Below are positions 9,959 to 19,314 of a DNA stretch of 64,000 nt, one piece after another. The position numbers and the translations under genes were made by a program. The notes below the pieces were generated by a model. The model was given only the letters and a program-made list of their open reading frames with translations, was not told where the DNA came from and made no database searches. Position 1 is the stretch's first letter. The number at the start of each line of letters is the position of its first letter. Source of the stretch: a virus. Lineage: Duplodnaviria > Caudoviricetes. The stretch lies in IMG/VR virus record IMGVR_UViG_3300032290_001086; one strand, 5' to 3'.

Positions 9959-11062
9959 ATGACTGACCAACTGATTGAAAATCTTTCCGCTCTTTACGGT
10001 GAAACTGTTACTCGTCAACAACTAATTGAATATGCTGCAAATTCAAATACTTCTCTTGCAGTAATTTGCAAAACTCTAGAGCCAAATAAAACTGGTCGTG
10101 GAGTTTGGAATTTGACTGTAGCCGAAAAACTTGAAATTAATTTTAATACTATGACTGCATCTCCTGCATCTCCTGCAATCAGCTTCGTCCCCCAAAAAGA
10201 CAAGAATTACGTCTCGTTTGGTAACTTCAGTGATGTAAAGCGAATTGTTAAGTCTGGGATGTTCTATCCTGTTTTTATTACTGGTTTGTCTGGTAATGGT
10301 AAAACCGTAAGTGTCGAGCAGGCTTGTGCTCATCTGAAGCGTGAACTTATTCGTGTCAATATCACTATTGAAACCGATGAGGATGACCTTTTGGGTGGCT
10401 TTCGACTTGTTGATGGAGAAACTGTATGGCATGATGGTCCAGTAGTAAATGCACTGAAGCGTGGTGCTGTTCTGCTGCTTGACGAGATTGACCTTGCTTC
10501 CAACAAGATTATGTGTCTACAGTCTGTCTTGGAAGGTAAAGGTGTTTTCCTCAAGAAAATCAATCAGTACGTAACTCCTACTTCTGGATTCAATGTAATT
10601 GCTACTGCTAACACCAAAGGTAAGGGTTCTGATGATGGTCGCTTCATCGGCACCAACGTGATGAACGAAGCTTTCCTTGAGCGTTTCCCCATTACTTTTG
10701 AGCAACCATATCCTTCGATGGCAACTGAGAAAAAGATTCTCATGAATCTAATGAATACCTTTGAGGTTATCGACGAGGAGTTTGTAGACAAGCTAATTGT
10801 CTGGGCAGATACTATTCGTAAGACCTTCTATGATGGGGGTGTAGATGAAATCATTACCACTCGCCGTCTTGTTCACATCATTCAATCATTTGCGATTTTC
10901 AAGAACCGCAAGAAAGCTATCAATGTTTGTATCAATCGTTTTGATGATGATACCAAGAGTTCTTTCCTAGACCTCTACAAGAATATTGATGCTTCTGCTC
11001 TAGACACCAATGAGGAAAGTGTGGTAGAAACTAATGAAGAAACACTTGACAGTTCTATCTGA
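9959..11062 (+). CDS. cobS: CobS/MoxR-like AAA+ ATPase
   Basis: GLSGNGKT, LLLDEID, ATANTKG, AFLERF; ATG at 9959 behind TTGACT-17-TATACT. Confidence 0.9.
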   Translation: MTDQLIENLSALYGETVTRQQLIEYAANSNTSLAVICKTLEPNKTGRGVWNLTVAEKLEINFNTMTASPASPAISFVPQKDKNYVSFGNFSDVKRIVKSGMFYPVFITGLSGNGKTVSVEQACAHLKRELIRVNITIETDEDDLLGGFRLVDGETVWHDGPVVNALKRGAVLLLDEIDLASNKIMCLQSVLEGKGVFLKKINQYVTPTSGFNVIATANTKGKGSDDGRFIGTNVMNEAFLERFPITFEQPYPSMATEKKILMNLMNTFEVIDEEFVDKLIVWADTIRKTFYDGGVDEIITTRRLVHIIQSFAIFKNRKKAINVCINRFDDDTKSSFLDLYKNIDASALDTNEESVVETNEETLDSSI

Positions 11063-11122
11063 TTGATGTATACTAAGGGGAGTTCTTCTCCCCATTTTTT
11101 TATTTTATTGGAGATTTTAATT

Positions 11123-11437
11123 ATGCAATGGAAGTACAATGAAGAAAAAATTCTTAAAGATATTGAGGATTATGTCGTAAGTACTTATGGGAGTCATTAT
11201 TGTGGTCATGATGATGACTATCGTGATGTTCAGACTATTGACCTAATGGCAGCAAAGGGATTAGCACAAGATTTCTGTCAGGCTAATATTTTAAAATATG
11301 GAAGCCGTTATGGGGATAAAGACGGTCATAACAAGCGAGACCTAATGAAAGTGATTCATTATGCTATGCTCCTACTTCACTTCGATAAACACTATTCACG
11401 AACAAACAACGGTCTTCAGGAGTTCAAATCAGTATGA
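11123..11437 (+). CDS. Conserved hypothetical protein (DUF3310-like)
   Basis: SHY...FCQANILKY.SRYG.KDG..DL.K..HY pattern; ATG at 11123. Confidence 0.75.
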   Translation: MQWKYNEEKILKDIEDYVVSTYGSHYCGHDDDYRDVQTIDLMAAKGLAQDFCQANILKYGSRYGDKDGHNKRDLMKVIHYAMLLLHFDKHYSRTNNGLQEFKSV

Positions 11438-12099
11438 AAATTTCAGATAAAACTAAAAACATTCTAGAAAATTTTTCAGCAATTAATTCTTCTATTGTTG
11501 TAAAAAAAGGAAACCTAATTCAGACTGTTTCTCCACAAAAAAATATTAAAGCTACTTATGAGTGTGATGAAACATTTGATTCGGATTTTGCTTTCTATGA
11601 TTTGCTAGAGTTTCTTCGTGGTCTTACTATTTTGAAAAATCCAGATTTTGATTTTTCAAATGATAAGTATGTAATTATTAGTAGCGGAAATTCTAAGGTA
11701 AAGTATTACTATTGCGACCCATCTCTAATTACTACTAGTGATAAACAGCTCCCAGACCTTCAGACTGATGTAGAATTTCAGTTGTCTGATGACGTTCTCA
11801 ATTCTCTTCTAAAAGCATCGAAGGTGTATCAATTAAATGATATGTCTTTAGTTGGAGATGGAAACGAAATGATGCTAGTAGTATCTGATAGAGAAGATGT
11901 AACTTCCCATAGCTTCTCGGTTGGAGTTGGGAAGACTAATCGAAAGTTTACTGTAAATTTTAAGGTAGAAAATCTTAAAATTGTTCCAGATTCATATACA
12001 GTTAAGATTACATTTCCCAATATTTCTACCTTTATAAGTTCTACGCATAATCTAACTTATCTAATTGCTTTAGAACCAGATTCCGATATTGAGGATTGA
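11434..12099 (+). CDS. gp45: Sliding clamp
   Basis: NFSAINSSI, FYDL.EFL, YLIALEPDS; precedes gp44. Confidence 0.93.
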   Translation: MKISDKTKNILENFSAINSSIVVKKGNLIQTVSPQKNIKATYECDETFDSDFAFYDLLEFLRGLTILKNPDFDFSNDKYVIISSGNSKVKYYYCDPSLITTSDKQLPDLQTDVEFQLSDDVLNSLLKASKVYQLNDMSLVGDGNEMMLVVSDREDVTSHSFSVGVGKTNRKFTVNFKVENLKIVPDSYTVKITFPNISTFISSTHNLTYLIALEPDSDIED

Positions 12100-12104
12100 T
12101 TTTT

Positions 12105-13052
12105 ATGTCTCGTAATGATTTTTTGTGGGTTGAGTCTTACCGACCAACAACAATACAGGATTGTATTCTTCCTTTGGATATTAAAAAATCTTTTGAAGAT
12201 TTTGTTGCCAAAGGAGATATTCCAAACATGTTATTCTCTGGTCCTCCTGGTATCGGGAAGACCACAGTTGCTAAAGCATTGTGTAATGAATTAGGAGTAG
12301 ATTCATATGTTATCAACGGCTCAGATGAAGGAAGGTTTCTCGACACGGTTCGGAACAAAGCAAAAAACTTTGCATCGACCGTATCATTGGAAACAAATGG
12401 TAAACCAAAGGTCATCATTATTGATGAGGCTGACAACACAACCAGCGATGTACAACTCTTACTTCGGGCGAACATTGAGACGTTTCATCGCAACTGTAGG
12501 TTTATCTTCACCTGCAATTACAAAAACAAAATCATCGAACCACTACACTCAAGATGTGCAGTCTTCGATTTCTCTATCCAAGGAAAGAGCAAACCACTCG
12601 TCGCTTCCCAATTCTTTGACAGAGTACGGGAAATCTTGGCTAAGGAGGGTGTTACCTATGATGAAAAGGTAATTGCAGAAGTAATCAATACTTTCTTTCC
12701 AGATTGGCGAAGAATCCTAAATGAACTTCAAAGATATTCTGTTGGAGGAAGTATAGATAGTGGAATCCTAGCAAGTTTTTCTGATATCAATATGAAGAAC
12801 TTAATGGGGTACATGAAAGAAAAAGATTTTTCAAATGTTCGTAAATGGGTAGTTGAGAATTTGGATAATGATGTGAATAGACTTATTCGCATGGTTTATG
12901 AAAAACTTTATGTTACTTTAAAGCCACAATTTATTCCTCAAGCGGTAATAATCTTGGCAAACTATCAATCAAAAGTTCCTTTTGTTGCAGACCAAGAAAT
13001 TAATTTATTGGCTTGTTTCACCGAACTAATGCACGATTGTCAATTTAAATAA
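12105..13052 (+). CDS. gp44: Clamp loader large subunit
   Basis: WVESYRP, GPPGIGKTT, IDEAD, PLHSRC. Confidence 0.96.
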   Translation: MSRNDFLWVESYRPTTIQDCILPLDIKKSFEDFVAKGDIPNMLFSGPPGIGKTTVAKALCNELGVDSYVINGSDEGRFLDTVRNKAKNFASTVSLETNGKPKVIIIDEADNTTSDVQLLLRANIETFHRNCRFIFTCNYKNKIIEPLHSRCAVFDFSIQGKSKPLVASQFFDRVREILAKEGVTYDEKVIAEVINTFFPDWRRILNELQRYSVGGSIDSGILASFSDINMKNLMGYMKEKDFSNVRKWVVENLDNDVNRLIRMVYEKLYVTLKPQFIPQAVIILANYQSKVPFVADQEINLLACFTELMHDCQFK

Positions 13053-13053
13053 T

Positions 13054-13437
13054 ATGTACGAATTAAAAGATTATCTAAATTCTATAAATCAAACCAAAAA
13101 TAATTTAATGGATGGCGATGTAGAATATGAACGTAAATATAATTCATATGTAATAAACAAATGTTTGTCTGGGTTTTCCGACACAATCTTGTTTGCTAAT
13201 GAAATGAACTATTTCTGGCAACTTGACAAGAAGCTACAATATGATTTTTATATAAATATTATCAGACCAAAGAAAAGGTTCTCTCCTTGGTTAAAAAAGC
13301 AGAATGATAATTCATTAGAACTTATCAAACAATATTATGGATATAACGATGATAAAGCAAAATCTGCATTAAAAATACTTACTAGAGAACAACTTGAATT
13401 TATTAAATCTAAAATGAATCGTGGAGGAAAACAATGA
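13054..13437 (+). CDS. gp62: Clamp loader small subunit
   Basis: DYLNSINQTK, KKRFSPW, YYGYN; synteny. Confidence 0.9.
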   Translation: MYELKDYLNSINQTKNNLMDGDVEYERKYNSYVINKCLSGFSDTILFANEMNYFWQLDKKLQYDFYINIIRPKKRFSPWLKKQNDNSLELIKQYYGYNDDKAKSALKILTREQLEFIKSKMNRGGKQ

Positions 13438-13859
13438 ATACTAGTGACACTGAAGTAGCTTGGTCTCCTGACCAGATGGTTGAAGTGATTTTAAATGAAC
13501 CAGATGACTTTCTAAAAGTTAGAGAAACTCTTACTCGTATTGGCGTAGCATCACGCAAAGAAAAAAAGCTATATCAATCTTGTCATATTTTACATAAGCA
13601 AGGTAGATATTATATTGTACATTTTAAAGAGTTATTTGCTCTCGATGGAAAACGAGCAAATTTATTCCAGAACGATGTACAAAGAAAAAATAGAATTGCT
13701 CAACTTCTTCAAGATTGGGGCCTAGTCAAAATTGTTACTCAAGAACAAGTAGCAGACTCAGCTCCACTAAGTCAAATTAAAGTTCTTTCTTTTAAAGATA
13801 AGAATGATTGGACATTAGAATCCAAATACAATATCGGTAAGAAAAAACAACCAGAATAA
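13434..13859 (+). CDS. regA: Translational repressor RegA
   Basis: DDFLKVRETLTRIGVAS, LYQSCHILHKQGRYYIVHFKELF. Confidence 0.97.
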   Translation: MNTSDTEVAWSPDQMVEVILNEPDDFLKVRETLTRIGVASRKEKKLYQSCHILHKQGRYYIVHFKELFALDGKRANLFQNDVQRKNRIAQLLQDWGLVKIVTQEQVADSAPLSQIKVLSFKDKNDWTLESKYNIGKKKQPE

Positions 13860-13890
13860 AAAAAGGGGGTCTAAGACCCCCTTTCTTTTT
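13858..13890. terminator. Bidirectional terminator
   Basis: A-run, GGGGGTC-TAA-GACCCCC, T-run between convergent genes. Confidence 0.88.
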
Positions 13891-13972
13891 ATTTCATCGC
13901 CATTACCAACTGAGCTTGGTATAGGCGATTTTGTTTTTCAATTTGTTTGCGGATAAGATTCAACCAGTTCAT
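13889..13972 (-). CDS. 27-aa peptide MNWLNLIRKQIEKQNRLYQAQLVMAMK
   Basis: Translated by hand; ATGA overlap with the upstream DUF4278 stop; GGAGG SD. Confidence 0.7.
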   Translation of the reverse strand: MNWLNLIRKQIEKQNRLYQAQLVMAMK

Positions 13973-14127
13973 TTTGCGACCTCCTGATTTTTACAAGGAC
14001 GGTACGCAACTCCACGATAAGTATTTTGTGGATGTGCTGGAGCATGTGTTTTTGAATACCACTGACGATATTCTTCTTTAGGTGTATCAGTATTATACTT
14101 ACACCCTCTGTAGGTTGCTTGTGACAT
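13969..14127 (-). CDS. DUF4278-family small protein, 52 aa (IF17/GifB N-terminal-like)
   Basis: MSQATYRGCKY...NTYRGVAY: two YRGxxY motifs; AAGGAG SD; directly downstream of the glnA riboswitches. Confidence 0.85.
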   Translation of the reverse strand: MSQATYRGCKYNTDTPKEEYRQWYSKTHAPAHPQNTYRGVAYRPCKNQEVAK

Positions 14128-14156
14128 TAGGGGTCTCCTTAATTTTTAGGCTAAAG

Positions 14157-14255
14157 AGCGTTCCTTCAGTCGGCTTTTGCGTCGGTTTCCCGATGAACGA
14201 TCCGTTCCGAGTCGGCTTACTTCCGTTCGCTATTCGAGAATAGCGAATGAACGTA
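14157..14255 (-). ncRNA. Tandem glutamine (glnA-class) riboswitch aptamers
   Basis: Minus strand CGTTCATTCGCTATTCTCGAATAGCGAACGGAAGTAAGCCGACTCGGAACG-GAT-CGTTCATCGGGAAACCGACGCAAAAGCCGACTGAAGGAACG; CGUUC/GAACG P1 and CCGACUGAAGGAACG match the recalled glnA motif. Confidence 0.88.
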
Positions 14256-14277
14256 TTAGTATATATACAGATAAAAC

Positions 14278-14293
14278 TGTAATATTTGATACA
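14278..14293. promoter_or_regulatory. NtcA-binding box
   Basis: TGTA-ATATTTGA-TACA fits GTA-N8-TAC, centred about 30 nt upstream of the riboswitch 5' end. Confidence 0.7.
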
Positions 14294-14296
14294 ATT

Positions 14297-14617
14297 TTAA
14301 TCCCTTTGTCTCCAATCTTCTGGTTTATCTTCAGTGAAGAAATCTACAATATCATCTACAGTATCAAATCTACCGATTCCTTTTCTTTCGTTTCCAAGTC
14401 CGCCAATATCAAGTTGATTTAAAAAATCATCTAAGTCACCTTCTTGCATATCTGGGTTTTCAGCTTTTCTTCTTGCTTGACGTAAAATTGTTCCTGCAGC
14501 TCTATTTGCTTGTGCCAATTTCTCTGCCCAAATAATATCGTGCAATGACACTTCATTTCCTTGCACGATGTTCTTGCAAATTGCTTCTAGTCTAAGTCGA
14601 TAATTTGTAGAAAGCAT
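14297..14617 (-). CDS. Conserved cyanophage hypothetical protein
   Basis: MLST.YRLRLE.IC...LRQARR...DWRQRD; ATAAATA late promoter on minus strand near 14641-14647. Confidence 0.8.
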   Translation of the reverse strand: MLSTNYRLRLEAICKNIVQGNEVSLHDIIWAEKLAQANRAAGTILRQARRKAENPDMQEGDLDDFLNQLDIGGLGNERKGIGRFDTVDDIVDFFTEDKPEDWRQRD

Positions 14618-14697
14618 AATGTGTATACTGATTATACTATATTTATTTTCGGAAATCCGAACTGGACTTTTTGTAAAATGTATATATATAATTGTGA

Positions 14698-14753
14698 AGA
14701 GATGCCAAACGGGTCTCTAAAAACAATTCTCGCTTAACAAGGAGATTCAGAAA
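14698..14753 (+). promoter_or_regulatory. ROSE-like RNA thermometer candidate in the hsp20 5' UTR
   Basis: Two hairpins; TCTC-G-CTT/AAG-GAGA pairs UCGCU against the SD with a bulged G. Confidence 0.55.
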
Positions 14754-15257
14754 ATGAAATTTACCACTCAATCACTAGATTCATTTTGGAACGATTACGC
14801 TCCACTCGCTGTAGGTCTGGATGAAATGTTTAACCGATTAGATGCTATGCAGCATTCGGTAAACGTAAATTATCCGCCCTACAATATCGTCAAACATGAC
14901 AATAGTAACTACACAGTTGAAGTCGCTCTTGCAGGATTTACACCAGAAGAGATTGAAGTCTTTACAGAACAAAACATTCTCACAATTGCCAGTAAAGTTG
15001 AGGAACGAGATACTACAAGACAGTATGTACACCAAGGTCTGTCAAAGCGTTCCTTCACACGTAAGATTCAACTCTCCGATGAACATAGAGTATCCTCTGT
15101 GAATTTTGAGCATGGATTATTATCTGTAGACATCGAAAGAATTATTCCAGAACATCAAAAGAAAACAACTTGGTCTATTCCTGGAGTAAAATCAGATCCT
15201 CAATTTTTGACAGAGGATAGAGATTCAAATTTCCCAGGAGAGAACACAATTAAATAA
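14754..15257 (+). CDS. hsp20: Small heat-shock protein (IbpA-like)
   Basis: NYPPYNI, EVALAGF, H.GLSKRSF, GLLSV. Confidence 0.96.
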   Translation: MKFTTQSLDSFWNDYAPLAVGLDEMFNRLDAMQHSVNVNYPPYNIVKHDNSNYTVEVALAGFTPEEIEVFTEQNILTIASKVEERDTTRQYVHQGLSKRSFTRKIQLSDEHRVSSVNFEHGLLSVDIERIIPEHQKKTTWSIPGVKSDPQFLTEDRDSNFPGENTIK

Positions 15258-15291
15258 ATAGACTTGGGAAATCCCCAAATATCGTCGGCAC

Positions 15292-15330
15292 AGACCCACC
15301 CTGGCAACTATCAGGGATTGGGTCTTTTTT
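15292..15330 (+). terminator. Terminator hairpin, possibly the 3' end of a short late RNA
   Basis: AGACCCA-CCCTG...CAGGG-TGGGTCT followed by a T-run. Confidence 0.7.
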
Positions 15331-15389
15331 CTTGACATCACGGCAGAGATGTGCTAAACTACATAGAGATGTCTATTTGGAGTTATCCG

Positions 15390-15755
15390 ATGAATATTAA
15401 ATTAATTCAACTGGTCAATAATGATTATATTATCTGTGAGTATGAAGAGCTAGATGAAGAACCTTCTCTATACATGAAAAATCCATATAGAGTACTAGAT
15501 TTAAGTTATTGGGATTATAATGAACAAGACAAACATTTCCCTCCAGATAATGCAGTGTTTCTACGAACAACTGAAGAAAAAAACATTAAAGATGGAAATG
15601 AATGTGTAACTATTCAAACTGACTATGCTCAATTAGTTAGATACCCTATGTTTACCGAAGATGTAGATATTCTTCTGAATTCTGATAAGATTATGACGAT
15701 TGTTGAACCTTGTTCGGAAATCTTAACCCTTTATACACAACTAATCTCTAAATGA
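15390..15755 (+). CDS. Hypothetical protein upstream of the DNA polymerase
   Basis: ATG 15390 with GGAG SD; TTGACA-17-TAAACT promoter at 15332-15360. Confidence 0.75.
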   Translation: MNIKLIQLVNNDYIICEYEELDEEPSLYMKNPYRVLDLSYWDYNEQDKHFPPDNAVFLRTTEEKNIKDGNECVTIQTDYAQLVRYPMFTEDVDILLNSDKIMTIVEPCSEILTLYTQLISK

Positions 15756-18244
15756 AATTTTTCACTAATGTTCAATTAATTGGGGACTCTATCTATTATA
15801 GGGGTTATAATGATGGGGAACAAGAAACCTTTAAGGAAAGGTTTTCTCCAACATTATTTGTTCCTTCTCCAAAGAAAACAAAATATAAAACATTAGATGA
15901 TGTCTACGTAAGTCCTTTAAAATTTGACAGAGTAAAAGAAGCAAGAGAATTTATAAAAAAATATGATGGTGTAGATAATTTTCAAATCTATGGATATGAA
16001 AGATTTCTTTCCCAATATGTAGCGGACACTTTTCCAGAAGAAGAAATTAAATTTGATATTAGTCAACTGAAAATCTATTGTCTAGATATTGAGGTTGCCT
16101 GTGAAAATGGATTTCCTAATGTTGAAGCAGCATCAGAAGAGATGCTATGTATCACAGTTAAAGACTTAAATTCTAAGCAAGTATATGTTTGGGGAACCAG
16201 AGAATATGAAGTTTCACGAAAGGATGTAGAATTTAAGGTATTTTGGACTGAACAAGAAATGTTAAAGAATTTCATTTCTTGGTGGGTGGATAATACCCCA
16301 GATATTATTACTGGATGGAACGTATATCTTTACGATATACCTTATATCATGCGAAGACTCGATAGGGTTCTAAACGAAAAATATGCAAAGTCTATGTCTC
16401 CATGGAGTTTGATTTCCAGTAGGGAGATTGTGGTTCGTGGTAGAACTCAAATTGTATATGAGTTGACGGGAATTTCCTGCCTTGATTATTATGATTTGTA
16501 TCAGAAGTTTACGTATACCAATCAAGAATCATATAGGCTAGACCATATTGGAATGGTAGAATTGGGTGAAAAAAAATTAGACCATAGTGAATTTGAAAAC
16601 TTCAAACAATTTTACACAGAAAATTGGCAAAAATTTGTTGATTACAACATCCGAGACGTTGAACTAGTCGAGAAGCTAGATGATAAGATGAAGTTGATAG
16701 AACTTTGTCTCACTATGGCATATGACGCAAAACAAAATTATGAAGATGTTTATTCTCAAGTAAAGACCTGGGATAATATTATCTTCAATTATTTGAAAAA
16801 GAATAACATTGTAGTTCCACCCAAAAAATCAAATAAGAAAGATTATGCATATGAAGGGGCTTATGTAAAAGACCCAATTCTAGGAAAACATGATTGGGTA
16901 GTTTCATTTGACTTGAACTCTCTGTATCCACATCTAATCATGCAATATAATATTTCTCCAGAAACTCTTCTTGATGAACGCATGAATGGTATTTCAGTAG
17001 ATAAACTTCTGAATCGGAAAGTAGATACTTCTTCTTTGGATTGTACTACTGTATGTCCAAATGGTGCTATGTATTCTACTCATGAGCAAGGATTTCTTCC
17101 TAAACTTATGCAGAAGACATATGAGGATAGAACTATCTACAAAAAGAAAATGATTGCTGCTAAGCAGCAGTACGAGAAGACTCCAACAATTGAGTTGAAG
17201 AAAGAGATTGCTCGCTGTAATAACATTCAGATGGCACGTAAGATTCAATTGAACTCTGCTTATGGTGCTATTGGTAATGAATATTTTAGGTATTTTCTAA
17301 TCACCAATGCAGAGGCTATTACTCTTTCTGGACAGCTTTCTATTCGCTGGATTGAAAAGAAGCTAAATGAATATATGAATAATATTCTAAAAACCAAGGA
17401 AGAAGATTATGTTATTGCTATTGACACTGATTCTATTTACCTCAATATGGGTCCTTTTGTTGAAGCTATATTCAAGGGAAGAGAAAAAACTACTGAAAGC
17501 ATTGTTTCGTTCATTGATAAGGTCTGTAGGTTGGAATTTGAAAAGCATATTGAAAGTTCTTACAAAGACTTGGCACAATACGTCAATGCATACGAACAAA
17601 AAATGAACATGAAGAGGGAGAACATTGCAGATAAAGGTATCTGGACTGCCAAAAAAAGATATATCTTAAATGTATGGGATTCTGAAGGAGTTCGATATGC
17701 TGAGCCTAAGATGAAAATCATGGGGCTTGAAACTGCAAGGTCTTCTACTCCTTCTTATTACAGAGATAAATTAATGAAGGCTTTTAAAATCATTCTCGCA
17801 CAAGATAATGATGCAGTAATTGAATTTATTAAAAAAATTAAAGAAGAAACTAAGATTCAAGATGTAGTTGACATTTCTTTCCCAAGAGGTCTCAACAACC
17901 TTGACAAATACAAGAATTCTGCTAAACTGTATTCGGAGAGGACCCCCATCCAGGTACGAGGAGCTATTCTCTATAACCATCTCATCAAAAAGCTAAAGCT
18001 ATCAAACAAGTATCCTTATATTCAAGAAGGAGAAAAAATTAAGTTCATTTATTTGAAAGAACCAAATCCTATTGGAGAGAATGTGATTTCGTATTTTCAG
18101 ACTCTTCCAGAAGAATTTGGATTGCATAAGTATATTGATTACAATATGCAATTTCACACAAGCTTCTTAAAACCATTAGAAAATGTTTTGAATGCTATTG
18201 GATGGGTATCTGAAAAACGTGGTACATTGGAAGGATTTATTTAA
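15752..18244 (+). CDS. gp43: Family B DNA polymerase
   Basis: DIE exonuclease motif, [22 protein letters not shown]. Confidence 0.98.
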   Translation: MKFFTNVQLIGDSIYYRGYNDGEQETFKERFSPTLFVPSPKKTKYKTLDDVYVSPLKFDRVKEAREFIKKYDGVDNFQIYGYERFLSQYVADTFPEEEIKFDISQLKIYCLDIEVACENGFPNVEAASEEMLCITVKDLNSKQVYVWGTREYEVSRKDVEFKVFWTEQEMLKNFISWWVDNTPDIITGWNVYLYDIPYIMRRLDRVLNEKYAKSMSPWSLISSREIVVRGRTQIVYELTGISCLDYYDLYQKFTYTNQESYRLDHIGMVELGEKKLDHSEFENFKQFYTENWQKFVDYNIRDVELVEKLDDKMKLIELCLTMAYDAKQNYEDVYSQVKTWDNIIFNYLKKNNIVVPPKKSNKKDYAYEGAYVKDPILGKHDWVVSFDLNSLYPHLIMQYNISPETLLDERMNGISVDKLLNRKVDTSSLDCTTVCPNGAMYSTHEQGFLPKLMQKTYEDRTIYKKKMIAAKQQYEKTPTIELKKEIARCNNIQMARKIQLNSAYGAIGNEYFRYFLITNAEAITLSGQLSIRWIEKKLNEYMNNILKTKEEDYVIAIDTDSIYLNMGPFVEAIFKGREKTTESIVSFIDKVCRLEFEKHIESSYKDLAQYVNAYEQKMNMKRENIADKGIWTAKKRYILNVWDSEGVRYAEPKMKIMGLETARSSTPSYYRDKLMKAFKIILAQDNDAVIEFIKKIKEETKIQDVVDISFPRGLNNLDKYKNSAKLYSERTPIQVRGAILYNHLIKKLKLSNKYPYIQEGEKIKFIYLKEPNPIGENVISYFQTLPEEFGLHKYIDYNMQFHTSFLKPLENVLNAIGWVSEKRGTLEGFI

Positions 18245-18264
18245 CATTTGTAACGGAGCAAACT

Positions 18265-19314
18265 ATGTCATTCTTAAATAGTGTAATTAAAGAATTAAAA
18301 AATGAATATGCAGGAATCGTTGACGAAGGAATTGCCGCAGGAGATTGCACAGGCTTTATTGATACTGGCAGTTATATCGTTAATGCTCTCATCAGCGGGA
18401 GCATTTACGGGGGCTTACCTGCTAATAAAATTACAGCTCTCGCTGGCGAAAGTAGTACTGGAAAAACTTTCTTTGCTCTTTCAATTGTAAAGCATTTTCT
18501 TCAATCAAATCCAGACGGTCAAGTTATCTACTTTGAGACTGAATCTGCAATCTCAAAGGATATGATGGTTACTCGTGGAATTGATACTAAACGTGTAGGT
18601 CTAGTTCCTGTAACTACAGTTCAAGAGTTTCGTACTCAATCTCTTAAAGTGGTTGAGGAGTATATGAAACTAAAGAAAGATGAACGTCCTCCACTAATGT
18701 TTGTGCTAGATTCTCTTGGTATGCTTTCTACCACTAAAGAAGTGGAAGATGCATCTGCAGGTAAAGAGACTCGTGATATGACTCGTGCTCAGATAATTAA
18801 GTCTGTATTTCGTATCCTGTCTCTAAAACTAGGTCAAGCAAATATTCCTCTAATTGTAACCAATCATACCTACGATGTAATTGGTTCAATGTATCCGTCT
18901 AAAGATATGGGTGGTGGTACAGGTCTTAAGTATTCTGCATCCACTATTATCTTCTTGTCTAAAGCAAAAGAGAAGGATGGAACTACTGTAGTTGGTAATA
19001 TTATTACATGCAGAGCACAGAAATCAAGGTTTACTAAGGAAAATTCAATGGTGCAAACCAGGCTGTTTTATGATGAACGAGGACTTGAACGCTATTATGG
19101 ATTACTGGAATTGGGTGAAAAGCACGGAGTTTTCACTAAATCTGGGACACGTTATGATATTGATGGTGGTAAGTATTATGGTAAGCAGATTCTTTCAGAC
19201 CCAGAACGATTCTTCACCCCCCAAGTAATGCAAGCTTTGGATGAATGTGCCAAAAAAGAATTTTCTTATGGTAGTATTGGTGTGCCAGATGAAGACGAAG
19301 GAGATGAATCTTGA
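18265..19314 (+). CDS. uvsX: RecA-like recombinase
   Basis: [28 protein letters not shown]. Confidence 0.96.
   Translation: MSFLNSVIKELKNEYAGIVDEGIAAGDCTGFIDTGSYIVNALISGSIYGGLPANKITALAGESSTGKTFFALSIVKHFLQSNPDGQVIYFETESAISKDMMVTRGIDTKRVGLVPVTTVQEFRTQSLKVVEEYMKLKKDERPPLMFVLDSLGMLSTTKEVEDASAGKETRDMTRAQIIKSVFRILSLKLGQANIPLIVTNHTYDVIGSMYPSKDMGGGTGLKYSASTIIFLSKAKEKDGTTVVGNIITCRAQKSRFTKENSMVQTRLFYDERGLERYYGLLELGEKHGVFTKSGTRYDIDGGKYYGKQILSDPERFFTPQVMQALDECAKKEFSYGSIGVPDEDEGDES

Noticed and set aside
14177-14422. 81-aa plus-strand ORF
   Set aside because: Antisense to the riboswitch and to the 14297-14617 gene; no SD
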